Assembly (NCBI GenBank): GCA_000432595.1
Contig: HF996867.1
Location: forward strand, 72,522-136,521
Origin: Clostridium sp. CAG:710
GTDB lineage: Bacteria > Bacillota_I > Bacilli_A > RF39 > UBA660
Direction: 5' to 3'
Length of the DNA stretch: 64,000 nt
A program made the translations under genes and the position numbers. The notes below the pieces were generated by a model. It saw only the letters and a list, made by a program, of their open reading frames with translations, was not told the DNA's origin and ran no database searches. Each line of letters opens with the position of its first letter. Position 1 is the first letter of the stretch. Shown in pieces: positions 1-8,470 of the stretch.

Positions 1-512
1 CAGTATATGAATCTATTAAAGAAGTAGCAAAGTATATACTTCCGGAAAAACTTATGAATGCCATATATAGTATTGTAGATTTTAAGGTGTTAAATGATGG
101 AGATAAATATAATATTAACGGAATAGATTATACTTTCTTTGATATTCAAGCAAAAGGAACAAAACAATTTGGATTTGAATGTAGTTTAAATGATAAAAGA
201 TTAGCATTTCTTGGAGATGAAACTTTAAATCCAAATCTTTATGATAGAATTAAAGGTTTTGATTATGTTATGCACGAGGCTTTTTGTTTAGATTCAGAAG
301 AAAATATATTCCATGCCTATGAAAAAAATCATTCAACAACAAAAAGTGTTAGTGAAGTAATGAATACATTAGAGGTTAAAAATTTGATTTTATATCATAC
401 CGAAGAATCTCATAAAGAAAAAAGAAAAGAATTATACACAAAAGAAGCACAAGAATTTTTTAATGGTAATGTAATAGTACCAAATGATTTAGAAATTATA
501 GAAATAAATTAG
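1..512 (+). CDS. MBL-fold metallo-hydrolase, C-terminal part (5' end outside window)
   Basis: Frame is open from base 3 to the stop at 512, so the listed ORF starts at an internal Met. HEAFC...HSTT...LILYHTEE resembles the C-terminal metal-binding motifs of RNase Z-like MBL hydrolases. Confidence 0.5.
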   Translation, partial: VYESIKEVAKYILPEKLMNAIYSIVDFKVLNDGDKYNINGIDYTFFDIQAKGTKQFGFECSLNDKRLAFLGDETLNPNLYDRIKGFDYVMHEAFCLDSEENIFHAYEKNHSTTKSVSEVMNTLEVKNLILYHTEESHKEKRKELYTKEAQEFFNGNVIVPNDLEIIEIN

Positions 513-530
513 AAAGAGAGTGAATTATAT

Positions 531-962
531 ATGGGAATAGTAATTGTTGGTGGAGTAATTGAAAAAGATGGTAAATTTCTTTTAGTTCAAGAGGCACAAG
601 AAAAATGCAGAGGTAAATGGAATATACCGGCAGGGCGTTTAGATCCAAATGAAACAATTTTTGATGGAGCTAAAAGAGAAATTAAAGAAGAAACAGGATG
701 CAATGTTGAATTAACAGGTGTCCTACAAATAGGTAATCGAGTGTTAGAAGATGATGTATTTGTAAGTGTGATATTTTCAACTAAATTATTAGACGAAAAT
801 ATTACATACAACCCTAATGAAATACTAGATGTTAAATGGTTCACTTATGAAGAATTGCTTAATATGAAGGATGAATTAAGGTCATATAATTGGATTATTA
901 ACAGCATAACTGCTTTGATTGAAAACAAAGTCGCAGATATTGATTTGGTAAAAATGATGTAA
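531..962 (+). CDS. NUDIX hydrolase
   Basis: Nudix box GRLDPNETIFDGAKREIKEETG (GX5EX7REUXEEXGU pattern); RBS GAGAG upstream. Confidence 0.8.
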   Translation: MGIVIVGGVIEKDGKFLLVQEAQEKCRGKWNIPAGRLDPNETIFDGAKREIKEETGCNVELTGVLQIGNRVLEDDVFVSVIFSTKLLDENITYNPNEILDVKWFTYEELLNMKDELRSYNWIINSITALIENKVADIDLVKMM

Positions 963-981
963 TCAATGGAGTATATAATAA

Positions 982-1878
982 ATGAATAATAATTATAATC
1001 TATTAAGAAGCAAAGATATAATTACAATATTAGATGGAGATTTTCAAATAGAAGAAGTTGATGGTATAAGAATTGCTATGCCATATTTAAGTGGACCAAT
1101 GCTTTGTGAACTTTCCCAAAAATTTGGATACTATCAGGAATATTACTGGGGAAATAGTTCTAAACCAAATTTGAGTAGATGGCAGTATATGGATAATATT
1201 TTGGAATATGTTATTAAAGAAAATAAGACAAGCCAACTTTTGTCATATATGATGGAGAAAGAAAGATTTTCGGATAGTTTGAGAAACCTAAATAATGTAA
1301 ATGATATAGAAAAAATGTATAAATATATTATAAAAAAAGTTATAGATCAAATTAATTCTATATTGTATTTTGGTGGGCACGAATTAGTTATAATTAATAA
1401 TCAATATATCATCAAGAATATCGATGAGAAAATTAATATCGATGTTCCGAATATAAATATTGTTGATAGAGATTATATTAAAGATTTATCTGAACGTGCA
1501 ATGAAAGATATAGATGAAGGAAATTTAGATAGTGCCATTACAAAATCAAGAACCATTTTAGAAGAAACTTTTTGTTACGCTATTGAAATTAAAGGAGAAG
1601 AACCTTCTGATAGTGGTGATATTGGGAAGTTATATAAACAAGTAAAAGACTTGTATAATATGCATGCAAATAAAGATATGGATAAAAGAGTTAATAAGTT
1701 ATTATCTGGGCTTGAAAATATTGTTCAGTCAATTGCTGAAATGAGAAACAATGGAAGTGATTCGCACGGTCTTGGAAATAAGCGAGTAAATATTTCAGAC
1801 TACCATGCTAGATTAGCTGTAAATTCTTCTACCACTATGGCTGAATTTATTCTCTCTGTATCTCAGAATTCAAAATAA
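982..1878 (+). CDS. Abi_C-domain (abortive infection C-terminus-like) protein
   Basis: C-terminal AEMRNNGSDSHGLG followed by a helical tail matches my memory of the Abi_C family signature (R-N-x-x-x-HG). The N-terminal two thirds have no recognisable motif. Confidence 0.5.
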   Translation: MNNNYNLLRSKDIITILDGDFQIEEVDGIRIAMPYLSGPMLCELSQKFGYYQEYYWGNSSKPNLSRWQYMDNILEYVIKENKTSQLLSYMMEKERFSDSLRNLNNVNDIEKMYKYIIKKVIDQINSILYFGGHELVIINNQYIIKNIDEKINIDVPNINIVDRDYIKDLSERAMKDIDEGNLDSAITKSRTILEETFCYAIEIKGEEPSDSGDIGKLYKQVKDLYNMHANKDMDKRVNKLLSGLENIVQSIAEMRNNGSDSHGLGNKRVNISDYHARLAVNSSTTMAEFILSVSQNSK

Positions 1879-1895
1879 TAATTTGAAGTTAAGGG

Positions 1896-2029
1896 TATGG
1901 GAATTCCCATAATAGAATTTATGCGGGAGTATAAATTCAGTGCTGGCTAGACACGACTTTTACTCCCACATTGGAAAACATAGAAAAAGAGGATTAAATT
2001 ATTTTGATAATTTTTTCCTCTTTTTTTTT
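1896..2029 (+). repeat. 134-bp repeat, copy 1 (copy 2 at 62149-62281)
   Basis: Roughly 80 percent identical by eye to 62149-62281. Shared blocks: GGGAATTCCC palindrome, AAATTCAGTGCTGGCTAGACA, and the identical 3' hairpin AAGAGGATTAAATTATTTTGATAATTTTTTCCTCTT flanked by A- and T-runs. Confidence 0.75.
1987..2029. terminator. Bidirectional rho-independent terminator inside repeat copy 1
   Basis: AAGAGGA (1987-1993) pairs with TCCTCTT (2016-2022), with inner pairing AAATTAT/ATAATTT. An A-run precedes it and a T-run follows. Confidence 0.6.
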
Positions 2030-2037
2030 GAGATTAT

Positions 2038-2394
2038 TTATACAAAAACATATTCATTTAAGACAATTTCCTCAGCCATATTTTTGTAATTATTCATTAA
2101 CTTTGTCCACTCAATTGGATTTAATTCTTTACTTTTTTCAGACAGTCTTTCATCGCTTTTGATATAATCATCCATTAGTATTTTGTATAAACTTTCACAA
2201 GAATCACTGACTAAAAGAAGATGATGAGTAAGTTTATTTGTTATCAATAGTGTTTCATAAAGTGCTTGTTTGTTTTGTGCAATAAAGTGTAATCTTAGTA
2301 TTCCGTATTTGCCAATTCTTCCACATTCTTCCTCTTTTTCTAAATATAAATTTGGTATTAAATAATCTTCTTGTCTTGTATATTTTATTTCCAT
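2038..2394 (-). CDS. tnpV: TnpV-family transposon protein
   Basis: Collinear with the 15151-15504 paralogue (DYLIPNLYL...; LSEKSKELNPIEWTKLMNNYKNMAEEIVLNEYV). This pattern matches the TnpV proteins of Tn4451-type elements. Confidence 0.8.
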   Translation of the reverse strand: MEIKYTRQEDYLIPNLYLEKEEECGRIGKYGILRLHFIAQNKQALYETLLITNKLTHHLLLVSDSCESLYKILMDDYIKSDERLSEKSKELNPIEWTKLMNNYKNMAEEIVLNEYVFV

Positions 2395-2418
2395 AGTTTT
2401 ATCAATCCTTTCTTAATT

Positions 2419-4190
2419 TTAAACATTTATTAGTTCTGTTTTTGGTATAAGAATTAAAGTATCAACTATATTGTTGCCTTCAATATAAGGACAATTTATT
2501 ATTCCATCTACATAGAAATGTTCTTTCATTAAATTAATATAGTTGTTTAATTCTTCTCCAGAATATAGATTATTTTCCATTTTTTCTAATGACATAATGG
2601 TATAATCTTTTTGTAATTCTAATAATTTTTCTTTATTAATTTGTTCTTTATAAGTTATACCAATATTATTATTAGTTAGTAGTTCATTTAAATAATCAAT
2701 ATAATCTTGTGTACTTTTTGAGATAAATCCTTCAGTAAATTTGATATTTTTAATCTCAATATTGTAGTTATCATCTCTAATTATTTCAATAGAAGATATT
2801 AATCTATTAATTAATTCTTTTTATGCTTTTCTATTTAAACTATCAAATAAATAAGCAAAACTTAAATTATTTTTAAATATAAAATCTCCATTATCTTCTT
2901 CATAATCTAATTTTTTTAGAAGTTCTACTGTGTATTCTTTAAAGTCATTATCTGGATCAAGAGTAGTTTTCTTTTTAGTTAGTTTATCAATCTCTTTTTT
3001 AATAACATCATTTTTATGATTAATAGTTTCTACATCAAGAGTAGAACTTAAATATAAGTCAACTAATCTTTTTTCTTGAACTTTTAATTTTTCAATGGCT
3101 TTGTCTATTTCCTTTACTTCTTTACTTTTGGTAGAACTACAAGTAATTATTTCGTTAGAATTATCATACATAAATCTAGTTAATTCATTTAAAATTCTTT
3201 TTAATTTATCTTCAATTTTATCTGAATTATAATGATAACCATAACCTTTGCAATTAGAGTTTTTACATCTTAAATGATAATAAATTTTAGTTTCATTCTT
3301 ATACTTTTTAAATGATTCACTAGCAGCAAGTATTTCATTACATATTGGACATTTTACTAATCCTGCAAATAAATGAATATGCTCTCCATAGTTTGGATGT
3401 TTATTTTTTTCTAAATTTGCTCTTGTGTGTTCCAAGTAGTTATATCAATAATTGGCTCACAATAGTCTTCAACTCTTAAAACATCCTGTGGTTTTCTTTT
3501 ATACTTTCCATACTCAAATACACCAATATAAATAGAATTAGTAAGTATCTTATAAACTCTATCTGCTTTCCATTTGCCTAGTTTTAAATAAGCGTTATTA
3601 TCTTTCATAATAGTTGCAATATTTCTAGTAGAATGTCCTTTTTTACATAGTTCAAATATCTCTTTAACAACTTGTGATTCAATAGGTTCTACTTCTAAAT
3701 GACCAGTTTCTTTGTTTCTAATATAGCCATAAGGTGCTTTACTTGGGTGTATTTTTTCAAGTGCCATTTCTTCCATTGCTCATTTAGTTCTTGCCCCAAT
3801 TTCTTTCCCTTCACGTTGACCAAATACTAAATTCATACCAAATATCATTTCACCATTAGCAGTAGATACATCATAAGGTTCAAGTATTAATTCAATCTTA
3901 ACATCGTGTTCTTCACAGTAATTAAGTAGCCAGAATCCATCATAATTATTTCTAGTTAATCTATCTACTTTAATAGCAATCAACTTATCAATTTTCTTTG
4001 ATTTGATATCTTTTAATAATCTTTGCATTTCAGGTCTCATTAAATCTTTACCAGAATGTCCTGCATCATTATAGACATCCATAATATCATAATTATTCTT
4101 TTCACAATATTCTTTTATCATTCGAAGTTGTGAATCAATAGAATAGCCATTATCTCTTTGATCATCAGTAGATACTCCTATGGAACGCAT
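2419..4190 (-). pseudogene. Large serine recombinase (TnpX-like), disrupted by frameshifts
   Basis: Three listed ORFs (3780-4190, 3411-3776, 2821-3435) plus an unlisted C-terminal frame (2419-2820) together give resolvase domain (GVSTDDQ, VDRLTR), recombinase domain and a Cys-rich zinc ribbon (CPICNE...RCKNSNC). They lie in different frames. Confidence 0.8.
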
Positions 4191-4423
4191 ATACCGTATT
4201 ATTTTAAAACATTAGATTTAATAAATTTTGATTATAAAATAAATACCAGTATCACTATTGTTACTGGCATGAAACAAGAGAAAGTTAGTATTGATAAATT
4301 AAATATTACAATCTCTTTTGGTATATAAAATAGCATGTTTCAAATTAAAATAATGATTGTTAAATAAAAAGGAAAAAGAATATTGACTATATGAATTATC
4401 AATATCCTTTTTTATAATGTGAA

Positions 4424-5218
4424 TTATAGTTTTTTTGATTTGTTAATTGACTCAAATATCATATTAATATTGTCATTAGCATTTTGGTTATTACTGGTAG
4501 TTATGTCTCTTTTGATTTGAGCTAAGATATCTAAATCCAATTTTTCTTTTCCTACTAACATTTCTGAAAGTCTACTAGAAATTGTTTCAATAGGATATAT
4601 TGAACTTACTGCACTTATTAATGGTTGTAAATCTAATAAACATCTACTATAATCTCCTAATTGTTTATCAATTATCTTTTTCTTTCTTTCTTCGTCAATT
4701 AATTTTTGTGTTGTATTTTGTATGGCCTGAATATGTCCAATCGTTTGTAATAGCTTAAAACCTATGATATCTATTGGATTAGGTACTATTATGCTTTTAC
4801 CATTAGAAGTTAATTTAACAAGATTAATTCCTAATTCACAATCTCTCGGATCACTTATATGTAGAACAGATTTCCCTTTTGATGAGATTTTATCAAAATC
4901 TGGGATAATATCATATAAATTATAAATAAATGCTTTACTTGGTTCACCAGAAACATAAACATAATCAGTGTCATTAATTTGTCTTCTAAATTGAGAAAAA
5001 TTATTTTTTGCTTCAACTGGAATATCATAAATAGAACCCATTCCAATTATCTTTCCATTATCAACCATTATTTCTTGCATACTGTCTGCACAAATAAATG
5101 GCAGTGTTGCTAAAGAACCAGCCATATAATATAGTACATTTCCATTTTTATTAATAGGTGGTTTTGTTTTATAATATAATTCACATAAATCCCACGCAAT
5201 TTCTTCTATATTTCTCAT
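4424..5218 (-). CDS. Hypothetical protein, last gene of the cargo operon
   Basis: The ATG at 5218 sits 6 nt after GAGAGGA; the upstream TTG of the listed ORF overlaps the pnuC-like stop. No motif recognised. Confidence 0.5.
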   Translation of the reverse strand: MRNIEEIAWDLCELYYKTKPPINKNGNVLYYMAGSLATLPFICADSMQEIMVDNGKIIGMGSIYDIPVEAKNNFSQFRRQINDTDYVYVSGEPSKAFIYNLYDIIPDFDKISSKGKSVLHISDPRDCELGINLVKLTSNGKSIIVPNPIDIIGFKLLQTIGHIQAIQNTTQKLIDEERKKKIIDKQLGDYSRCLLDLQPLISAVSSIYPIETISSRLSEMLVGKEKLDLDILAQIKRDITTSNNQNANDNINMIFESINKSKKL

Positions 5219-5229
5219 ACTCATTCCTC

Positions 5230-5877
5230 TCAATTTTGTCTTTCAAATTTAATCCATTTTATTAGGCCATAAACGTTAATTAATAAGTATCCTATTGATA
5301 CTAACAACATCATTACTGCATTAGGACTTTTATTAAAAACATTAATAATCCAAATTGATAAATCAAAAGTATTATTAAATAACCATATTATCCAACATTC
5401 TTTAAATCTTAAATTCATAAGAATAATTCCGCACAAGTTTATAACATTACTGCTTGAATCTAGAAATGCTAATTGTTGACCTGGTATTTTTGTCAAAAGA
5501 AAACCTAATAGTAAGCTTCCAAGTATACAACTAGTAATTATTATAATTGAGTTTTTTAATGTAAAACCTCTAATACTTACCTCATTGCTACTATTCTTGT
5601 TTTTAATCCAACTAACATATCCTTGTATTTGTGATGGAAAGAATACAATTACTGATAATATAGCAATACCATATAATCCATTTATATAAGAAATGTAAGC
5701 ATTTAACAAGCAAAAAGCGGCTCCAAATATATAGTTATAAGTCTTACCAATACTTGCATAATATGCATTTAATAATCCACAAGTAAGTGTTAGAGTTCCT
5801 AAAAAATAATCTTTAGTAATAATTCCACATAGTATAGAAAATAATACAATTATAATAGTATAAATTTTATTTCTCAT
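5230..5877 (-). CDS. pnuC: PnuC-family (nicotinamide riboside type) membrane transporter
   Basis: 215 aa with about 7 hydrophobic segments and a C-terminal YGLIKWIK, consistent with the PnuC family size and tail. Confidence 0.55.
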   Translation of the reverse strand: MRNKIYTIIIVLFSILCGIITKDYFLGTLTLTCGLLNAYYASIGKTYNYIFGAAFCLLNAYISYINGLYGIAILSVIVFFPSQIQGYVSWIKNKNSSNEVSIRGFTLKNSIIIITSCILGSLLLGFLLTKIPGQQLAFLDSSSNVINLCGIILMNLRFKECWIIWLFNNTFDLSIWIINVFNKSPNAVMMLLVSIGYLLINVYGLIKWIKFERQN

Positions 5878-5887
5878 AAACTTACCT

Positions 5888-6370
5888 CTAAATCACATTT
5901 TCTTTTCCAATTAATCTTTTCAAATTATTGATAAAAATATTATGAAGTTCTAATCCTTTATGACTCATTGTATAATTCTCTAAAACATAAATATTATAAT
6001 TGTTTTCAAATAAATCTAATGCAGTTTTATATACACAGGCGTCAGTATCAAATCCACACAAAAATATTTCATCAATATTATTTTCATCAATAAATTGTTT
6101 TAATTCATCATTTAGTGCTGTATAGGTATTTTTATTAATAATTTTATGATAGTTTGTATTTATTGCAATTTCTTGTCCATTACTTAAAAGACAACCTTTG
6201 TAATCTAATCTCTTATACCATATACTATTCTCGTTATTTATAAATTTTGTAAAAACTATATAATTGTATTCTTTAGAATTAACTAGTTCACTTATTCTAT
6301 CTTTTACATCTTTTGTATTATTGTTTATGAAATCATTTTGAACATCTATGACTAATAAAAGTTTATTCAT
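5888..6370 (-). CDS. Isochorismatase-family cysteine hydrolase (nicotinamidase-like)
   Basis: N-terminal LLLVIDVQNDF and catalytic-Cys context LCGFDTDACV. Confidence 0.75.
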   Translation of the reverse strand: MNKLLLVIDVQNDFINNNTKDVKDRISELVNSKEYNYIVFTKFINNENSIWYKRLDYKGCLLSNGQEIAINTNYHKIINKNTYTALNDELKQFIDENNIDEIFLCGFDTDACVYKTALDLFENNYNIYVLENYTMSHKGLELHNIFINNLKRLIGKENVI

Positions 6371-6381
6371 CTTTTCACCAA

Positions 6382-7386
6382 CTATCTTTTAATTAATATA
6401 TTTGTAATTTTTTCATTACAACTATAAGAATAACCAATTTTACCTTCATTTAACCAATACTGATTTTCTTCGGAGTCTTCTTCTGTTTTAGCAATAAATA
6501 TGGGTTGTAAAATATGCATTGCGTTTGCTAATTTATAAAAAGTCCAAAATGTTTGAAGTTCATATTCAGTTAATTGATTATATTTATTATACTCGGTTAA
6601 CAATGTTGTAATATTATCAATTGTTGTTTGCTCTGAGCTTTCATCTAAACACATATTACAAGATATAACTGCTAAATCTATTATTCTTGGTAAATAGTTA
6701 GAAACAGCAAAATCTATAATCCATATTTTTGAATTGTTATCTTTCATTACATTTGTATTGATTATATCTCCGTGAACAAATGCTTTTGGCAATTTATCAA
6801 AATCAATGTTTTGTAATTCTTTTAATAGATTATCAAATTCTTTCTGATAATATTTTTCAAGATAAATTCTCTTTTGTTTATATTCTTCTTCAAAATTTAT
6901 TATCGCCCATGTATCATATATAAAATTAGGCTTAATATCTAAATTATTTATCATAGCGGTTTGTCTAGCTAATTCTTCGATTTCGTATTTACTGGTTTTT
7001 TGTTTTAATTCAAAAAAGTTTTTACCATTAATATACTCAAATACGCAAATATCATAGTGATTATTTTCATAATCTAAAGATAATGAGATGTCTCCATCAA
7101 CAAGCAAAGGTTTTGGTGCATTAATATTACTATTTGCAACAACTCTAATTCGATTTAGATAATTATTTATATCTTCATTAGTTCTAAATTTATTAAAAAT
7201 TTTAACACAATATTTACCTTTTGAAGTGGTTAAGTAATAATTATAATCCTCATAACCAATAGTAATTAATTCATTTGAAACAAAATTCCCCAAATTATAT
7301 TTATTACATATTTGTTCTGATATATTTTTCAAATCTGTATTTAATCCTATTCTTTTATTAAAATCTTGTAGTTCAAAAGTATTCAT
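6382..7386 (-). CDS. APH/choline-kinase-family phosphotransferase
   Basis: Brenner motif HGDIINTNVM followed by WIIDFAVS (DFG-like), 334 aa. Confidence 0.7.
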   Translation of the reverse strand: MNTFELQDFNKRIGLNTDLKNISEQICNKYNLGNFVSNELITIGYEDYNYYLTTSKGKYCVKIFNKFRTNEDINNYLNRIRVVANSNINAPKPLLVDGDISLSLDYENNHYDICVFEYINGKNFFELKQKTSKYEIEELARQTAMINNLDIKPNFIYDTWAIINFEEEYKQKRIYLEKYYQKEFDNLLKELQNIDFDKLPKAFVHGDIINTNVMKDNNSKIWIIDFAVSNYLPRIIDLAVISCNMCLDESSEQTTIDNITTLLTEYNKYNQLTEYELQTFWTFYKLANAMHILQPIFIAKTEEDSEENQYWLNEGKIGYSYSCNEKITNILIKR

Positions 7387-7597
7387 TTTATTGCCTCTCT
7401 TTCAAAAGTTTTTATCTAATATAATTATATCATTAAATCATAATTTATCATATATTTTGGTCATTAAAAAATTTAATATGTTAATTAATATACTTATACA
7501 CCGTCAAATATCTAACTCAAAACTTATAGTGTTTACAATAGTTCACAAAGATTTTATAAAACATTTTTGGCATATAACATTCAATATTTTATCCTTA

Positions 7598-7703
7598 TTG
7601 ACTTAAAACAAATGAGTGATACAATAAGGTAGAATATGAAATAATTAGGTGTAGACGCATCTATTAAAAGTACTAATTACACGAAAAGATTAGTATCTTT
7701 TTT
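7598..7703 (+). ncRNA. Candidate about 70-nt small RNA: promoter plus terminator with no ORF
   Basis: TTGACT (7598-7603), a 16-nt spacer, then extended -10 TGATACAAT (7617-7625). Terminator AGTACTAAT/ATTAGT(A)TCT (7669-7698) is followed by a T-run to 7703. Only a 3-codon ORF lies inside. Confidence 0.3.
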
Positions 7704-7734
7704 CATATTCAACCAATTCCCCAATATTAGGATT

Positions 7735-8128
7735 TTATGGCTGTAAGTTAGGCAATAAATAATGAAAAAAATAACTTGATTTTAGCCGAAAATAGCATTT
7801 TTTACTATCTAAAAAGTGTGTACGATTGTTATACACCCCTTATTTTATAAGGAACAAAAGTTAACGGTTGTATAACAAATCTTTCAAATGTAAACACTTA
7901 TATTTTTACTAAACCCTTATGAAATAAGGGAAAACTCACTACTGGTGAGTTGTTTGTAAACAGGTTTATCCTGCTTTATATAGAGTATTAAATTATGGTC
8001 AAAGATTTTAAAAAAACACTTGTTTTAATGGTCGAAGTTATGGCCGTAAATTATATTATTTTTAATAATTTTATGGCCAATAGTTTTATTAGATTTATAG
8101 CTATATCACTAGCTATTTTTTTATGGGC
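7735..8128 (+). repeat. Six dispersed copies of TTATGGYC in an ORF-free region
   Basis: Copies at 7735, 7993, 8026 (TAATGGTC), 8038, 8071 and 8121 (TTATGGGC), all in the same orientation. They are GC-containing words in very AT-rich DNA. Confidence 0.5.
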
Positions 8129-8233
8129 TGTATTAAAAAATAAAGTGCGTTATAATTTTTAAAGAAGTTTAAAGAAAGTTGGTGCTTAACTATGAAATGA
8201 ATTGTTTAAGAATTTAAAGGGGGTAATAAAATT

Positions 8234-8419
8234 ATGATGAAAGAAAGTGATAAACATTATGAATATTTAAGAGCTTATATAGCTGAACTTGCTATGTTAG
8301 AATTTATAAAAGATAATAACTTAATTAATGATATTGAATACAAAAAGATTAAAAATAAAATTGAAAATGAATATGCAAAACGTAATAAATTAAACAATTC
8401 TAATTATAGTTTTGCATAA
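8234..8419 (+). CDS. Small hypothetical protein preceding the recombinase
   Basis: RBS AAAGGGGG lies 8 nt upstream. 61 aa and helical (LINDIEYKKIKNKIENEY). Function unknown. Confidence 0.4.
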   Translation: MMKESDKHYEYLRAYIAELAMLEFIKDNNLINDIEYKKIKNKIENEYAKRNKLNNSNYSFA

Positions 8420-8470
8420 TAAAAATATTATTTGAAATATGCTATTATTCAACAATTAGGAAAGGAATAA

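Noticed and set aside
4200-4423. Left att site of the 594-aa recombinase module, by similarity of 4333-4356 to 10277-10300
   Set aside because: The shared string is only about 7 contiguous nt (ATGTTTC) in AT-rich sequence, which is not distinguishable from chance.
7391-7606. 71-aa ORF in the large intergenic tract
   Set aside because: It has no RBS and a low-complexity translation, and it overlaps the divergent promoter region of the kinase operon. The tract is treated as non-coding.
7390-8233. Assigning the ORF-free tract to a named large ncRNA family (ROOL, GOLLD, HEARO, group II intron)
   Set aside because: I cannot recall or verify consensus features for these families in this sequence, and no reverse transcriptase or IEP ORF is adjacent. 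It is left as an unnamed candidate pending covariance-model searches.
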